Shown here in pieces: positions 42,464-55,089 of a stretch of 64,000 bases of DNA (position 1 is the stretch's first letter; every line of letters starts with the position of its first letter). The position numbers and the translations under genes were made by a program. The stretch covers positions 372,001-436,000 of the forward strand of contig CBFFSA010000009.1 in NCBI GenBank assembly GCA_965644495.1, given 5' to 3'. The stretch is from Perkinsela sp. CCAP 1560/9 (Eukaryota > Protista > Euglenozoa: Kinetoplastea). The notes under the pieces were generated by a model that did not search any database, was not told the DNA's origin, and was given only the letters and a program-made list of their open reading frames with translations.

Positions 42464-43682
42464 AGAGGGAAAGAGTAAGGGAATGCTATTTTGTTACTAG
42501 GGGAGGTATTGGACTGAAATAGAATTATATGAAATTATAACTTGGAGATCAGAACCCAGAAATCCGTGGAGGCCGAACCGGGTGCGGTTAGCGTGATTAG
42601 TAAACTTTCATTTCATACTATGATTCGAAATTCAAGAAATTTCAAATTGTTCTGTGTAAATTTATTAGATTTTTAGAACATGTGAGCGAACCTAATTTTC
42701 GTCCCACCCCAAAATTCGTTATTAGAACGAATCGCATTTCGTAGAACTTCTACTATAAAGAGTTTTAAAAATGCGCCAGTGCGTTTTTTTGTAAATATGA
42801 ACCCCATTTTGTGAACACCAAAGGACCTTTCTACCTCGCTTTCTCCGTCCATTGTTCCACAACGTTATTCGGTGGAATTGAACGAAGTTTGCACACTTTT
42901 TCAAAAAAAATAAAAATGATCTTTATTATTATTATTTTTTGCTTCTGTTGCTTGCAAAACATATAGTTTAGAAATTTTGCTAGTATCTTTGACCTTTTTA
43001 CGTTCTCAGGTACGGATAAAATCATGGTCAATCACTTTGATGGTGGGTTTTGTTGTGAGTGTCTTGAAATGAACTGTGTCACACGTCTTCCGTTTATTGA
43101 GGTTAAGTGAGGTTAAGCCCGCTGGTACGAGTTTTGTTGGATGTTGCATTGTTTTGTGCGGAAATCGTCTTGTCTGCATCATTTTGATTTTCTTTGGAAT
43201 TTGTTGATATTTGGTCACTTTTAGAATTTTTATTACAAAGTGTGCAAACTTCGTTCAATCTGACCCGTTATTGTAGGACAAGCCTACAATTATTAGGCAC
43301 CGCGACAACTGTGTTAGATCATGAACCGATGGTGCAAACCAAAGTTTCCAGAGTCCCTTTCTCCGAATCTCGTTCGACAACGTAATTCCTAGTATTCGGA
43401 CAATCTTTGATCGTGCACTTATGGAAGATTTGCTTCACTATGACCTTCCCCGCATACCACGGGTGGATCATGTGAGGTTTCGTCCTCATCGGAGGTATGT
43501 GGATGCAGAGAGCTCGGGTCCCAGGTGCAGAGAGCTCGATTGTCATGTGCAAGTGCACAGAGCGGGATGCGTAATCCCCATATCAGTTTCCAATAATAAA
43601 GGTAGAGGGGTGATTAAATGAGTACAAAAAATAAATTTATATTGGTGTCGCTAAACTTGTAAATTTTAATCCCAAGAAAAAA

Positions 43683-43830
43683 GTGATGCGGGCAAGAATC
43701 AAAAGGCATACAACTCGAAAACTGGAAGGAAAGAACAAAATTTGTAAAATTGAATCGCAAGAACATGTGATGCGGGCAAGAACCAAAGAGCATACAACTC
43801 GAAAACTTGAACTAAAGAGCAAAATTAGAA
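43683..43830. repeat. 84-bp-period tandem duplication
   Basis: GTGATGCGGGCAAGAAYCAAA..GCATACAACTCGAAAACT at 43683 and 43767. Confidence 0.75.
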
Positions 43831-44021
43831 ACTTTGAATCCCCCCCCCCAAAAAATAAAGAGTATTATTACGACCATACTCTGCAGACGGAGCAAAATGT
43901 TTTATCATAGAGATCTACATGTAGGTCAATCTATTTAGCAAAACGAAGTTAGTACTGAGAAAAAGACGTAGTAGGTAATTTAGGTGATGAGAAAAAAAGC
44001 AAAAAAAATAGTTTCCGAAAA

Positions 44022-44957
44022 TTATTGAGACCAATTTATCGTATTCTCCTCCGAAACAGCATTCCAGCGTTCAGGCTTGCATATTTCGCCAGCCGGTCTA
44101 CCTGGAGTGCTGGCGGGCATGCGACAAAGTAAATCCTGGTTATGACCTAAATAAAGTTGCTCTATACAGCGGGGCATGTGGGTCAAGTCAACAATCCCAG
44201 AAAATTTGTTGATTCCAAGATTAAGGATCTGCAAACTCGCTGGCAAAGCAGTTAAGTCGGGACATCCAGATAAATCGTTGCATCGAAGATCAAGCTTCTC
44301 CAGATGTGACGGAAGATTTGTGAGGCAAATTTCACCCCTGAACGCGTTTTGGCCTAATATTAGTGCTTTCATGCTTTGAGGAAGGGAACTCAAATCTAAT
44401 TCACCCTGAAAATTGTTTATGGTCAGGTCAAACACTTCTAAATTCAGTGGGAGTTCACGTAATGAAACAAGACCTCTCATGGCGTGCCTTTCTCCGCTGA
44501 ATCTGAGCAATGTCTGCGGAAGATGTTGAAAATATATGATACCGCGTAAAATCTGGTTTTCATCACCATCCCAACATATTTCTACTATCTGACTGTTGTC
44601 GTTGCACTTTACACCAAACCATTCGCACGCTGGGGTGCTGGTACTCCAAGACTCGGGCAATCCAGATTCAACGTAACTCTGCTTCAACAGTACAGGGTGG
44701 TACGTGGTCTGTGGGACCCAGACGAAGTCTCTGCGAATCATCTCCAAATCTCGCACCAGTTGGGCCAATTTGTATTCTTCCGGTAGGGTAGCCTGGCTCA
44801 CCTTTCCCGAACGTACCAAAGAGTGTCTGTGTGTCTGACTCGACGCGGATGGGTTTGGATTCGCCGCACTCCTAGACTCACATCTGTTTCCCGGAACGTC
44901 GGAGGGGTCGTGCGAGAGTGACAAAAAAATTATCGAAGGGAATCGACGGATATCCAT
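44022..44957 (-). CDS. LRR family protein (6 LRR, extended leader)
   Basis: LSLSHD...RSGKVSQATLPEEYKL leader, WSTSTPACEWFGVKC cap, 23-aa LRRs. Confidence 0.9.
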   Translation of the reverse strand: MDIRRFPSIIFLSLSHDPSDVPGNRCESRSAANPNPSASSQTHRHSLVRSGKVSQATLPEEYKLAQLVRDLEMIRRDFVWVPQTTYHPVLLKQSYVESGLPESWSTSTPACEWFGVKCNDNSQIVEICWDGDENQILRGIIYFQHLPQTLLRFSGERHAMRGLVSLRELPLNLEVFDLTINNFQGELDLSSLPQSMKALILGQNAFRGEICLTNLPSHLEKLDLRCNDLSGCPDLTALPASLQILNLGINKFSGIVDLTHMPRCIEQLYLGHNQDLLCRMPASTPGRPAGEICKPERWNAVSEENTINWSQ

Positions 44958-45516
44958 TAATGTTTAGAAAAACATGTAATAGTGAATCTATGGATGGAGG
45001 CAATAAAATACATGTAGACTATTTGTAACGCGAATACGCATTTCAAGTCGTCATGATGCATTCAATCTCCTCACTCTGATGGAGAGCTTACAAAGATAAT
45101 TAGAAAGGTAAATAGGAAAAAAACGTTGTCAAAAATCATGAACAGTGTTTTTCAGCAGAACGCAGATGCGTTGAAACCATTTGAGTGGATATCCATCTGC
45201 AAACTGAACCGTAGTAATGAGTAGTAATTCATTGTGTGCTGTTGTCAAGAATACCATTCCATTACAACAATTCATTGAACTGTTTCTCGAACCGACTAAG
45301 GGGACTCAAGGAAACCATCAGGCTTCGAGATGACACAGATCGCTCGAAAATATTCCCACACTTAGCTCATCCTTGGAGAACATATTTTTAACTTTCAAAT
45401 ATCCTATGAGTTCGCTCATAGCACATTTATGAATCATTTCCTTCACGAAAGAATTGATAGGAAACTGAACAGGAAAGTGTGCTACGTTGTGGACACAGCA
45501 TTCTCCACGACTGAAC

Positions 45517-48315
45517 TCACAAATTCAGTATTCTTCTCATATACTCTAGAGTCGAAGGAAGAGTTTGGCGAATCGAGTTTTGAACAAACCTCGTCGTACT
45601 AAGTTCCGTCTCAGGCGGTTTTTCGCCCGTCCGGACTCTGCACTCCATATAGGCGTTGTAAAATCGGAAACATCGAGACGCGCTTGCAGCGTAGTGTGCT
45701 AATTCCTTTTTTCCATATGGACCAGACGCTATTGTTCCTCCAGTACTTATACGCCTTCTGGGATCAGTGAAATGATTAAAACACTCGATGGGGGTGGCGC
45801 AAACCGGTGTACTTCCCTGTTCTCGTAGTTCCGTGGATGATGAGTTATCTACGTTCGGTTCGTCCAGGTTAGTAGTAGACTTTCTTTTAAATCGATCGGG
45901 AAGAGAAGATACGGGCTTGATAGTCGTCCTTCCCTGCGCCGAATACAAAGTGGAACCAGATATTTCGGGATCTAACGATCCAGAAAGAGAAGATTCTACG
46001 GATGCAATATCCGGTACTTCCGACGAAGTATCACTGAAACAATGATCCTTACAATCTTCCTCACAGGCGTGAGAATCCACCGAACGCGTTTTCAACACCT
46101 CATCCTTTGTGCACGAACCCATTTCCTCCTTGTGGATATCCGTTCCACAACACGTCTTATGGTTTTCTGCCCTTCCCACCTCAGTAGATGCCTTTCGCGG
46201 CATTTGCCGCCAATACGGCTTCTTTCCGCGACAGCGCCTCATCTCCTCGACCCCGAGCGTGGGCGCTGCACCTTTCCGAGAAGGCCCCGCTTCCCCACCG
46301 AGCTGTGAGCGTTTCGCAAGATCACAGAATCCCTCCAACACCTCCCGAAAGGAGGGCTGATGTGAGCCCCACAACATGGGACGCTGTACCTCAAGTTTTC
46401 GTGTCAGCACCATCGTAAGCTCCACCTTTCCCTCTTCCCCGCCTTTTTCAGCCCTCCCCGTCGCGGAATCCGCCCCCCCCGGCTCTCCCCAAGCCTCCAA
46501 CCCCGTGGTCCCCCTTTTTCGATTCTCGCCCTCCCTGGGGTAGTTTCTGGTCGTGCTTTCCCCTTTTTCTTCCCTCTCCTTTTCTTCCTTCTCCTTTTCT
46601 CCCTTCTCTTTTTCTTTATCGTCTACCCCCATTACCCCCCTGCGTGTCTCCCACATGTAGATCCCCCGCAGGACCACCCCGGTCCCCAGCACCCCCGTCT
46701 CCACCTGCTCCACCGTGTCCGGCCCCCCCGCGGGGAACCGGAACAGCGGGGAGAGCGCGAGACCGGCGGGGGCGTGGGGGAGGAGAACGGAGAGGCCGCG
46801 GGCGGGGGCCGGGAAGGTGGGGTCGAGGTCGGTGGGGGAGAGCGCGGGGGGGGAGGGGTCAGGGGGGGGGCCTGCACCCCGTAGAGCTACAGAGGGAAGC
46901 TCTGCACTCTGTAGAGCTATAGAGGGACGCTCTGCACCCCGTAGAGCTTGAGAGGGAAGCTCCCCACGTTGTGGAGCTATAGAGGGAAGCTCTGCACCCT
47001 GTGGGGCGTGAGAGGGAAGCTCTGCACCCTGTGGAGCGTGAGAGGGAAGCTCTGCACCCTGTGGGGCGTGAGAGGGAAGCTCTCCATCTTGTGGAGCTAT
47101 AGAGGGAGAAGAGGAAGAAGAACGTGTTGTCGTTGTCCCACTTGGATGTGTTCCACTCGGACTTGTTCCACTTGAGCTTATTCCACTCGGACTCGTTCCA
47201 CCTGAACGTGCCGCACTTGGACGTGTCTCACTTGGGGAGAGTGAGAGATTCGTTGGGGGATGGAGTGGAGCGTTGGGTGTTTGGGCTGAGACACGTGTTG
47301 TTGGTCCGCTTCTTGTGGGGGGAGAGGGGGAGAAGGGGTTGGTGGGGTCGGTTGTTAGACCCACATTGTGTGGTGGGGTTGTGGAACAACTTGTTGCTGA
47401 GGGAGAGGGTGGGAAGGGGGTGGGGTGATCTGCAATCCCCCTGGACACTCCACGAAAGGTGGGTTCAATGATGTGGGGTTGTTGGAGGGTAGAACAACCT
47501 GTGGGCTGTTGGGTCAAAGAAGCACCTGTTGGGGAGTAGGACCCGTTGGAGGGTGTGGGGTACTTTTTTCTGTGTCGTTGTCTCCGGTGGGGTGAAACTT
47601 TGGTAGTAAAAGAGGGCCCTGATTTGGGACGGTGGGGGGTTATACCCGGTAAAGTCCAAGCAGGGGAGAGACCCGGTTTGTGGGCGGAGAAATGGGTTCT
47701 TGTGTTCTCTTCCTGTTGTTTTATTTTGTTTAATACATGCTCGGGGTTCAAAATTTCGATTGCAAGCCCGCCATAAAAATCGAGTCGCAGTTTGGTTCGG
47801 GTGCGAGGCTCTCCAAGGAAGAAAGCAGACACCACCGACAGTGTGGGCTGGGACATAGTAGGCAAGAACTTATAGGAAGCGCATAAAAGGTTGCTCGATT
47901 GAGAGCTTGATTTTTCCCAACCGGGGACGTATGAACGGAGCTGTTCTTCAAAGTGGGCAAACAATTTCGGAGAAATCGCTTTGCGTCCAGATCCCTTGGT
48001 TAGGGCTGCCATCTGTAGAAAGGGAGCAAATTGCGCCCCGGGTCGTAAATACGAAAGATAAATACGATACCCGCGGAGCACAGGAGAACTTGATGAGAAC
48101 AAGTATCGCTGCCTTATTATAGAGCGCCGCACTAAACAGTCGTAACACTTTGAATATATGGTGTAGGTGAACGGTGAACCATCACTATTGGGTAGACCTC
48201 CAGATCTTCGTTGGGTACGGAGAGTGTGTCGCTTCGTTGTAGGAAGAACTAGGGAAGATTTCTTTGAAGAAACAAGCTGCGGCGGCACACTTCTTACTCC
48301 ACGAAGGTATACCAT
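45517..48315 (-). CDS. Hypothetical protein with internal 10-aa (GAELPSHAPQ) and 5-aa (SGTSP) repeats
   Basis: 932-codon uninterrupted ORF on the gene-cluster strand; alternative start at 48012; no family recognised. Confidence 0.75.
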   Translation of the reverse strand: MVYLRGVRSVPPQLVSSKKSSLVLPTTKRHTLRTQRRSGGLPNSDGSPFTYTIYSKCYDCLVRRSIIRQRYLFSSSSPVLRGYRIYLSYLRPGAQFAPFLQMAALTKGSGRKAISPKLFAHFEEQLRSYVPGWEKSSSQSSNLLCASYKFLPTMSQPTLSVVSAFFLGEPRTRTKLRLDFYGGLAIEILNPEHVLNKIKQQEENTRTHFSAHKPGLSPAWTLPGITPHRPKSGPSFTTKVSPHRRQRHRKKYPTPSNGSYSPTGASLTQQPTGCSTLQQPHIIEPTFRGVSRGIADHPTPFPPSPSATSCSTTPPHNVGLTTDPTNPFSPSPPTRSGPTTRVSAQTPNAPLHPPTNLSLSPSETRPSAARSGGTSPSGISSSGTSPSGTHPSGTTTTRSSSSSPSIAPQDGELPSHAPQGAELPSHAPQGAELPSHAPQGAELPSIAPQRGELPSQALRGAERPSIALQSAELPSVALRGAGPPPDPSPPALSPTDLDPTFPAPARGLSVLLPHAPAGLALSPLFRFPAGGPDTVEQVETGVLGTGVVLRGIYMWETRRGVMGVDDKEKEKGEKEKEEKEREEKGESTTRNYPREGENRKRGTTGLEAWGEPGGADSATGRAEKGGEEGKVELTMVLTRKLEVQRPMLWGSHQPSFREVLEGFCDLAKRSQLGGEAGPSRKGAAPTLGVEEMRRCRGKKPYWRQMPRKASTEVGRAENHKTCCGTDIHKEEMGSCTKDEVLKTRSVDSHACEEDCKDHCFSDTSSEVPDIASVESSLSGSLDPEISGSTLYSAQGRTTIKPVSSLPDRFKRKSTTNLDEPNVDNSSSTELREQGSTPVCATPIECFNHFTDPRRRISTGGTIASGPYGKKELAHYAASASRCFRFYNAYMECRVRTGEKPPETELSTTRFVQNSIRQTLPSTLEYMRRILNL

Positions 48316-48791
48316 CGATTTTTCTAAGAATGAGATAAATTTCCTGGAGTGGTACTGAAAAGTGATCCAATAAGAGTCTTCTATGCAACTAGGAATAGGT
48401 ACAGGTTTAGACTACAGCCAAAAAAAAGATGAAGAAGAAACCACCGCGCTGGACAATCTACCTCCCGGTACAAAAACTAGCTACACGTACAATATATACA
48501 GTGGTTTCAATTGAAATTCCCCCCGCGGAAATTTGAGTTTTTTATCCGTTTTTTTCACCTTTTTTTCATAGGCACCCCCTGGTGCTCATATGGTGACTCG
48601 AAAATCAGCCAAAACAAGATTTTTGGAAAATACGAACCTTGGAAAAAAGCAGTAAAATGGAGCAAAAATACAAATTTAGAAGTTGTATACTAGAACTCAA
48701 AGTGTCCTCTACTGTTTATAGTGCTTTTCCGTCACACACACCCTACCGGTAGGGGGGGCGCCCTAGGGGGACGCGCTAGGGGGGGGGGGCG

Positions 48792-48903
48792 CACTTCTGG
48801 AGGCAAAAGCCCCTGTCCGCAAGCAAGGCCCAACTGTGAGCGAAGCCCACTTCTGGAGGCAAAAGCCCCCGTCTGCGAGCAAGGCCCAACTGTGAGCGTA
48901 GCC
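48792..48903. repeat. 56-bp tandem repeat upstream of the Merlin ORF (possibly subterminal)
   Basis: CACTTCTGGAGGCAAAAGCCCC...GCAAGGCCCAACTGTGAGCG twice (48792, 48848). Confidence 0.8.
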
Positions 48904-49087
48904 CTGGGATATAATTGTATTTTTTGGCGATCCGCGCGCTCCAGCGCGCGGGTCGCGCACTGAGAACCTATGTCTGCCACTTCCGCAGGATTCTGGTTGG
49001 TTGGTTGGTTTCCTCAGGATTCTGGACTATTCTTTAATATTGATGTGTAGAAAACACGACATTTTTCTTTTGCGGATCCTACTTTGA

Positions 49088-50267
49088 ATGAACAACAACA
49101 GTGATACTGGCAATACTTCGGAAGCATTTTTGCGCCGCTTCATGGCTTTCTTGGAAACACAAGTTTCTCACAGCAATAGTAGCGTTGAAAATCGTGAAGG
49201 TGACCCTTCTTGGACTGAGGGTACAATTCCTCCCTTCGAAGGACACAGAGTGTGTCGGGGGTGCGAGGGCTTCGCGTTCGTTCGGGTATGGCGCAACATG
49301 CGATACATTCCTCAGGGGGAAGCGGCCGAGGTGTGGATAAAGAATCATGGACTCTTGTCGGAACCGCAATGTAAACGTCACGGAGGGAGTTCATGGTGGG
49401 GATCAAGGGGAGCCTTCAATTTTTTGAGTGCTCATCGGGGGGAGGGGGACACCAATGCGCGTAGGTCAAGGGTTTTTCGGTACGCACCTTACTTGAGCAG
49501 CCGAACTAGCGTCACTGTTACTACTCTTCTTCTAATCTGGGCGGACATAGCAAATAATTTGACGACTGGCCAAATCGCCCGTAACCGTGGAGTGCGTCAG
49601 AGGGCAGTAACTAATCTCTTGCACATGGTTTCGAGCGCCGCTTATTTTCGCCAGGAGAATGTCGACTTTTATTTTTCGAAGTTGCAAGTCGATGAAACTT
49701 TCATTGGGAAAAGAAAGTATCACCGCGGAATATAGAAACGTTGGGTGGTCGTTTGTCACCGTCACGGAGATTTATGACCGGAAAATGGGGAGAACGCACT
49801 GGAAGCTGGTCAAGCGAAGGGACCAGAATAAGCTTCTCAGTTTTAACACTCCCCATTTCACGAGTGCACGTTCGTGGTGACTGACGAGTGGCGGGGGTAG
49901 TTAACTTGGGGGAGTACTGCCGCCATTTTACTGTAAATCACAGTAAAAATTCGTGACTCTAAATGGGCACCATACAAACCATGCGGAGGCTGCGCACCGG
50001 ATAATCAAACATTGGATAAAGCAACAACACTACAATTATGGTATGTCTTCAATGGATCTGCGCCGCAATGCGGACTTGCAATGCGTAAAGTACGGGTATG
50101 GGAAAACAGAGCGCAAAGAAGCATGGAAGGTGCGTTTTATTAATATACTTGAGTGCATCCGCGATTTCTACAGATGCGAGAATATTGAAATCATGAATGA
50201 TCTCAGCGATAGTTTCTGCAGCTTTTCTGAAGCTAGCCAAGAAACTCTTTCCAGTGAGGAAGAGTAA
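49088..50267 (+). mobile_element. Merlin/IS1595(ISXO2)-like DDE transposase pseudogene
   Basis: QVDETFIGKRKYHRG, VTDEWRG, HFTVNHSK and GHHTNHAE cover the catalytic D, D, E; stop at 49733 and frameshifts; TIRs not confidently found. Confidence 0.88.
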
Positions 50268-51539
50268 AAAAAATTGCGTGTCATACCTGGTCTATTCTTT
50301 TTCATTAACTATTTTTATACATGTTTATATAGATCCGTTTGTGCATAGTGTTTTGCACATTATAGGTCAGGGACATTGCTAGATATATACTTTCGTGATC
50401 TCACAATGTTGGGGCTTAGCGACCCCCACCTTTCCGAGCTACGTCCACAGCAACTGAGTTTTTCTGTGGTTTTACTCGGTATCGTGTAAAGCCTTGGGGT
50501 ACATCTTCTCCAGGTATAGACCAGGTATGTATTATTCTACGCGCGCTATATTATATATATATTTTCAAATAATTTTATGAATGCAAGTTACCAAAACAAG
50601 TGTTATCCCTTAAATAATAAAACTTTGTTTTTCTCAAAAAATCTTGCACCTATATTTTCTAATAATACATGTATACGACATATCTAATACCATGTTTCAT
50701 CCATGCGTTTCACATTCATTCACAGGAATCTCCAAACGGGTTAAACAACAACAACAGAAATCTACATGAGATCGACTTGCCGAAAAAGAGTTTCTAGTAC
50801 CACGCGCTACCTTTGTTGCTCCGTTGAGACAATTTAAAATGTTAAAAAAATCGAACGCTCGCCCGAAAAAAAATTAAAATCCCGTTCGTTGAATATTCAA
50901 CGAAGTAGAGACGTACCCCAAAACAGTGCCCACAGTATTTCTTGATTCCTATGTTTCTCTATGCGTTCTCAACGTAGTAGTATGCTACTGCTCCTAGATC
51001 CACCCCTCCGAATATTCCTAGAAAATGTTAGCCACGAGCTCCACTTATTCTTCCCGGAAACGTCACTGTATCACCTGATCAACGAGGTAATACCTATGCA
51101 GGGTAAGATTCTTTACACACTATCGCAAGATCATACAATTTTACAGAATCCCATGCACGATCCCAAATGCAAAGCATTTAATGAGATAAAACGGCAGAAA
51201 TTCTTATTCTAACATTGAGTTCCATAATGTGTCCTCACTTTACGTCCCTTGAAGAGTTCTCGGTGGTGAGATTATGGTGCCCGCACTTTTCTGAGGTTGC
51301 TCAGCCCCACTTAAAAAGAAACTCAGACCGACGTAGAGTTTTCTCCGTACAGGATATACCTGGATATACCAGCTACCATCCCACAGCCCTAGTCGATGAA
51401 ACCGGATATCTTATCTTATCCTGAATAAGTGACCAACTGGCTACGCCTGAAAAGGTGGCTGGAAACTCCCTTGAAAAAGTGCCAGGTGACCAACCTGAAT
51501 TCATAAACAACAACTCTTTGGAAGTTTGGGGAATACGTT

Positions 51540-52923
51540 TCAGATCGCTGACCTCGAGAAGCTATTGAAAGCGTTCTCGAGGTCAGCCGCCACAATGACC
51601 TCCTGCGGCCTATCCCGGAAGTGTTGGTGAACACCGTCAATGATGTGTTCGCATCCTTGGGCGTATTGGGCGCTGAATTGGAGCCCTTGGAAGAAAGTGG
51701 ACAGATGTTTCCCCACCTTTTCGAGCGCGAGGAGTCCTGCCATCTGCAGAATACATTCTCCCATGGCGATTGGCCGACAGGATGAGTAGTGTCCAGCCGG
51801 GGAGCCGGTTTACTAAAGAGCGTGAGGGACGCCTCCGTTAGTAGGTCTCTCTTTGAGGGAGGGAGGGAGTTTGTTGTGATCCCGTGAATGATCCACGTGA
51901 CACAGTCACGGGGACCATCCTCCATGAGAGCTGGGAGCAAAAGTTCCTTGGTCCACCCCGCGGGGCCTGGGGCTCGAAGTGGTGCCAGGCACTGGGCCTT
52001 CCTGGCGACGTCAGCCGGGGAGGGTAAGGGACCGTGCCAGTCCTTGTCGAAGTGATACTTGCCCGTAGTTTAAGGGCCCCCGGAAGGGTGTAGTCTCTTT
52101 GCCAGTTCCAGGGCTGCCGTTGGGTTTGTCGGGGGCTGGAGGGGGGACTCGAGGATTGTAGCGGTCCTCAAGAAGGCTTTCGCCTTTATCAACTCCGTCG
52201 CTCTCTTTAGAGCAGACATGGGGGAATTATTGGCTTGGCTGGAAGTCGGTGCCGTGGATTGTAGCGGCCCTCGAGAAGGCTTTCGCCTTTATCAACACCG
52301 TCGCTCTCTTTAGAGCCGACATGGGAGGATTATTGGCTTGGCTGGGAGTCGGTGCCGTGGTATCCGAGCCCTCAAGGTAGGCTCGCATGCGTAGTTCATG
52401 AACCAACTGCCTTTGAGATAGTTTTTCCTCCGGGAAGAAGAGAAAACGTTTTACTGCTAGGAGAAGATTCCAGGTTGTCTCTATTTAACTTTCGGTTGAC
52501 ATGAGGAAGTCCTGACAAATGTTTACCACGTGCTCCCTCCAAGCGGGGCATTGTACGGCGTATAATTGGCGCAGTGACCCCCTCCCCAGGAGCTCCGCGA
52601 GGTGTTCGGGCGAGGGGGCTAATCCCCGCTCCGCGGTTTGTGCGCTCTGTGTGTGCGGGGTCAAACTCTGAAGGTGTCCTGTGTGAAGGGCCGTCTCTCC
52701 GTCCTTGGTCGATGTAGTTGCAGTGGACCAGTTCCGCCCAGCCCGAGTCGGCAATCAGTTCTTCAGTTGGGAGGAAGGACCAGTACACCGTGTGGTCCTC
52801 AGCAACGAAGGGCGCCCACAGGAGGCAAGTTCTTGTGATATTCTCAGCGAATAACGAAGGGAATGCTGTTTTCTTCCATCGTGCCCTGTTTTTGTATGCA
52901 GGCCCCGTTGCGACTGCCGTCAT
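51540..52923 (-). mobile_element. CRE/SLACS-like retrotransposon 5' half (RT motifs to DLENAFNS)
   Basis: LAPLRAPGPAGWTKEL, RPIAMGE, LQF....GCEHII, AADLENAFNSFSR; internal 103-bp tandem duplication at 52153-52360. Confidence 0.85.
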
Positions 52924-53795
52924 ATACCATAAAGTGTGCTCCTTACGATGAGCCTACGTGGGGAACCGACAAAGAGGCCCAATAGCAATCCGCCGCTTCG
53001 AGATCAGAGTCGGATTCCAGAAATCTACCCCCCGACCCGCTGGATATGCTTACGCAGTTACTTGGGATACCTAAGGCTGCGCCAATATCCTGCACCAACC
53101 CCTGAAAGGTTTCTTGTATGGGCAAGCAAATTCGTCCCTCCGCATTGGGGCCCAGGTGAACAACTTCAACTTGGTGGTGCAGAAGGGAGGAACACTCCAT
53201 CATGTAGCCAAAGGAACGTTACAGACTTGGTTGAATGTTATGATTTCCTTCCAAACAGTGGGAAAGTTATTTGAAAGAGACGATTGCTCTCTCGTTATTT
53301 CCCTTCGACTATGGCTCGCGTTGCAAAATCAATGTAAAGTCAAAATCAAAGAAAAGTCAAAACTGCGCATGCCTTAGCCAATAAAGAAAGAAACAAATTA
53401 CTAGGGGAGCTGGACTATACAAGGACACACTAACAGAAGGAGCAACTAAAGGGAGGCACGTGTATCATTCGCAACTTTACACATCAAGAAAGACAAATAA
53501 TATGATACCCCCCAATGTTTCCGAAAACCATCCCCTAAAACAATATGGTATGTTGTATTAAACAGGGAGGCAGATCAGTATCTTAATTGGATAACTATCC
53601 TAGTTAGCTTAACACCCTGTTTGGTTGATTATCTTAGTCCCTATTTCTTTGCGCATAATGTCTTGAAAATGTTTGTACAAGTCAAAGAGCTGCCCCAAGA
53701 AATCGAAATACTTAAGCTTCATAAACCATTTTTCTGAAGTGGTGAGTTGTAGTAGCATTCAATGAAAAAACAACCACGTCAGAAACATGATTTTT

Positions 53796-54587
53796 CTATA
53801 AATCAAGATTAATTTTCGTATTCATCCAGATTTCCTCTATGTGATCAACTGTTCCTATGGGGAGCTTCGAAGCCCTTACCGTTCCATGTAGATTACTATT
53901 ATTTCTTAGTGACACGCGCTTCATCCCAGAGGGCAAACTATGCATGCTCACCTTCCCTTCAAAAAGATTGTGGTTTAGATAGAGCTCTTGTAGATTCGCA
54001 GGGAGACCGCCCAAACCAAGAGACCCCGAAAAACGATTGTGCTCGAGACGCAGTACCTCTAGATTCGTAGGTAACTCTGATAGGCAAATGCAACCGTGGA
54101 AACGATTTCTACTTAGGTCTACGAGCTTTACACTCGGAGGAAGTGATAGGAGATCGACTTTACCGGTAAACACGTTACTCATAACGCGCCAAATTTCTAT
54201 TCTAGGCAACGAAGGAAAACTCGAGAGTGGCATTTTACCGTAAATTTCGTTTCTTTCTATGTTAAACGTCTCCAAAGAAGTCGGAAGATATTCAAAATTT
54301 AGCTCGCCACGAAGTTGACGGAGCGACCAATCGATCTCAGTGACGGTCCCGGACTCATCGCAGTGCACACCGTCCCAGTCGCATGCCCGTGTTTCAGTGG
54401 ACCATGTGGCATGTGGGTTTGTTAAATTCTGTATTAGGCGATCAAGATTAACCTCTTCAGGAAGCATCAACCGACTCACCTTGCCTTTCCGAATGTGTGG
54501 TATGCTTGACGGTTCACTGCACAAGGATCCGTGCTGGGTTATGACTGGGTCGGTGTCCGCTGAGGTGATACGCACCAGGATTTGCAT
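53796..54587 (-). CDS. LRR family protein (6 LRR)
   Basis: MQILVRITSAD...RKGKVSRLMLPEE leader, WSTETRACDWDGVHC cap. Confidence 0.9.
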   Translation of the reverse strand: MQILVRITSADTDPVITQHGSLCSEPSSIPHIRKGKVSRLMLPEEVNLDRLIQNLTNPHATWSTETRACDWDGVHCDESGTVTEIDWSLRQLRGELNFEYLPTSLETFNIERNEIYGKMPLSSFPSLPRIEIWRVMSNVFTGKVDLLSLPPSVKLVDLSRNRFHGCICLSELPTNLEVLRLEHNRFSGSLGLGGLPANLQELYLNHNLFEGKVSMHSLPSGMKRVSLRNNSNLHGTVRASKLPIGTVDHIEEIWMNTKINLDL

Positions 54588-55089
54588 TAATGTAATTCAA
54601 TATTATCATAATGCGTGGTAACGATAATCAAGTTATGAACCCCATAAGGGGTAGTTGTCCCCCCGTTCCAGGTAAAATACATGAACTATGAAATACCATA
54701 CACACATGTATGCCACATGCGTCAATACGATTTCTTCCCGTTTCAGTGTAGCCGATGCTTCGGTCCTTATCCCTTCATTCCTCGGCAACACAAACTTCAC
54801 GTTCCGAACTTCACGTCTCCAAAGAAGACACAAGCAATCGTCCGGGAGTGCCTTGCGGCACATCCTTTTAATAGGAGCCAAGTACCGCTACGCGTAGTCT
54901 CGAAGGTTTTGCAATCACAAAAATGGCCTGTGTTTGCGTTTAGAGTGGCAGAGTGACGCCATCAGATTTTTGCGTAAGTTTACGGAAAGGTTTCCCAGGC
55001 ACCCGCATGCCGCGCTAGCGAACAATATTTTTTTTATCATGCGCGTACACAGGTTTAAGCGCTGATACAACAAAAACATCATACGCTTT

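Noticed and set aside
42720-43600. Possible Mutator/WRKY-like zinc-finger remnant (KCTIKDCP)
   Set aside because: Too fragmented; no catalytic motif could be recognised.
48750-50430. Merlin terminal inverted repeats (GGTAGGGGG / CCCCCACC)
   Set aside because: Match is too short and no 8-9 bp TSD is evident.
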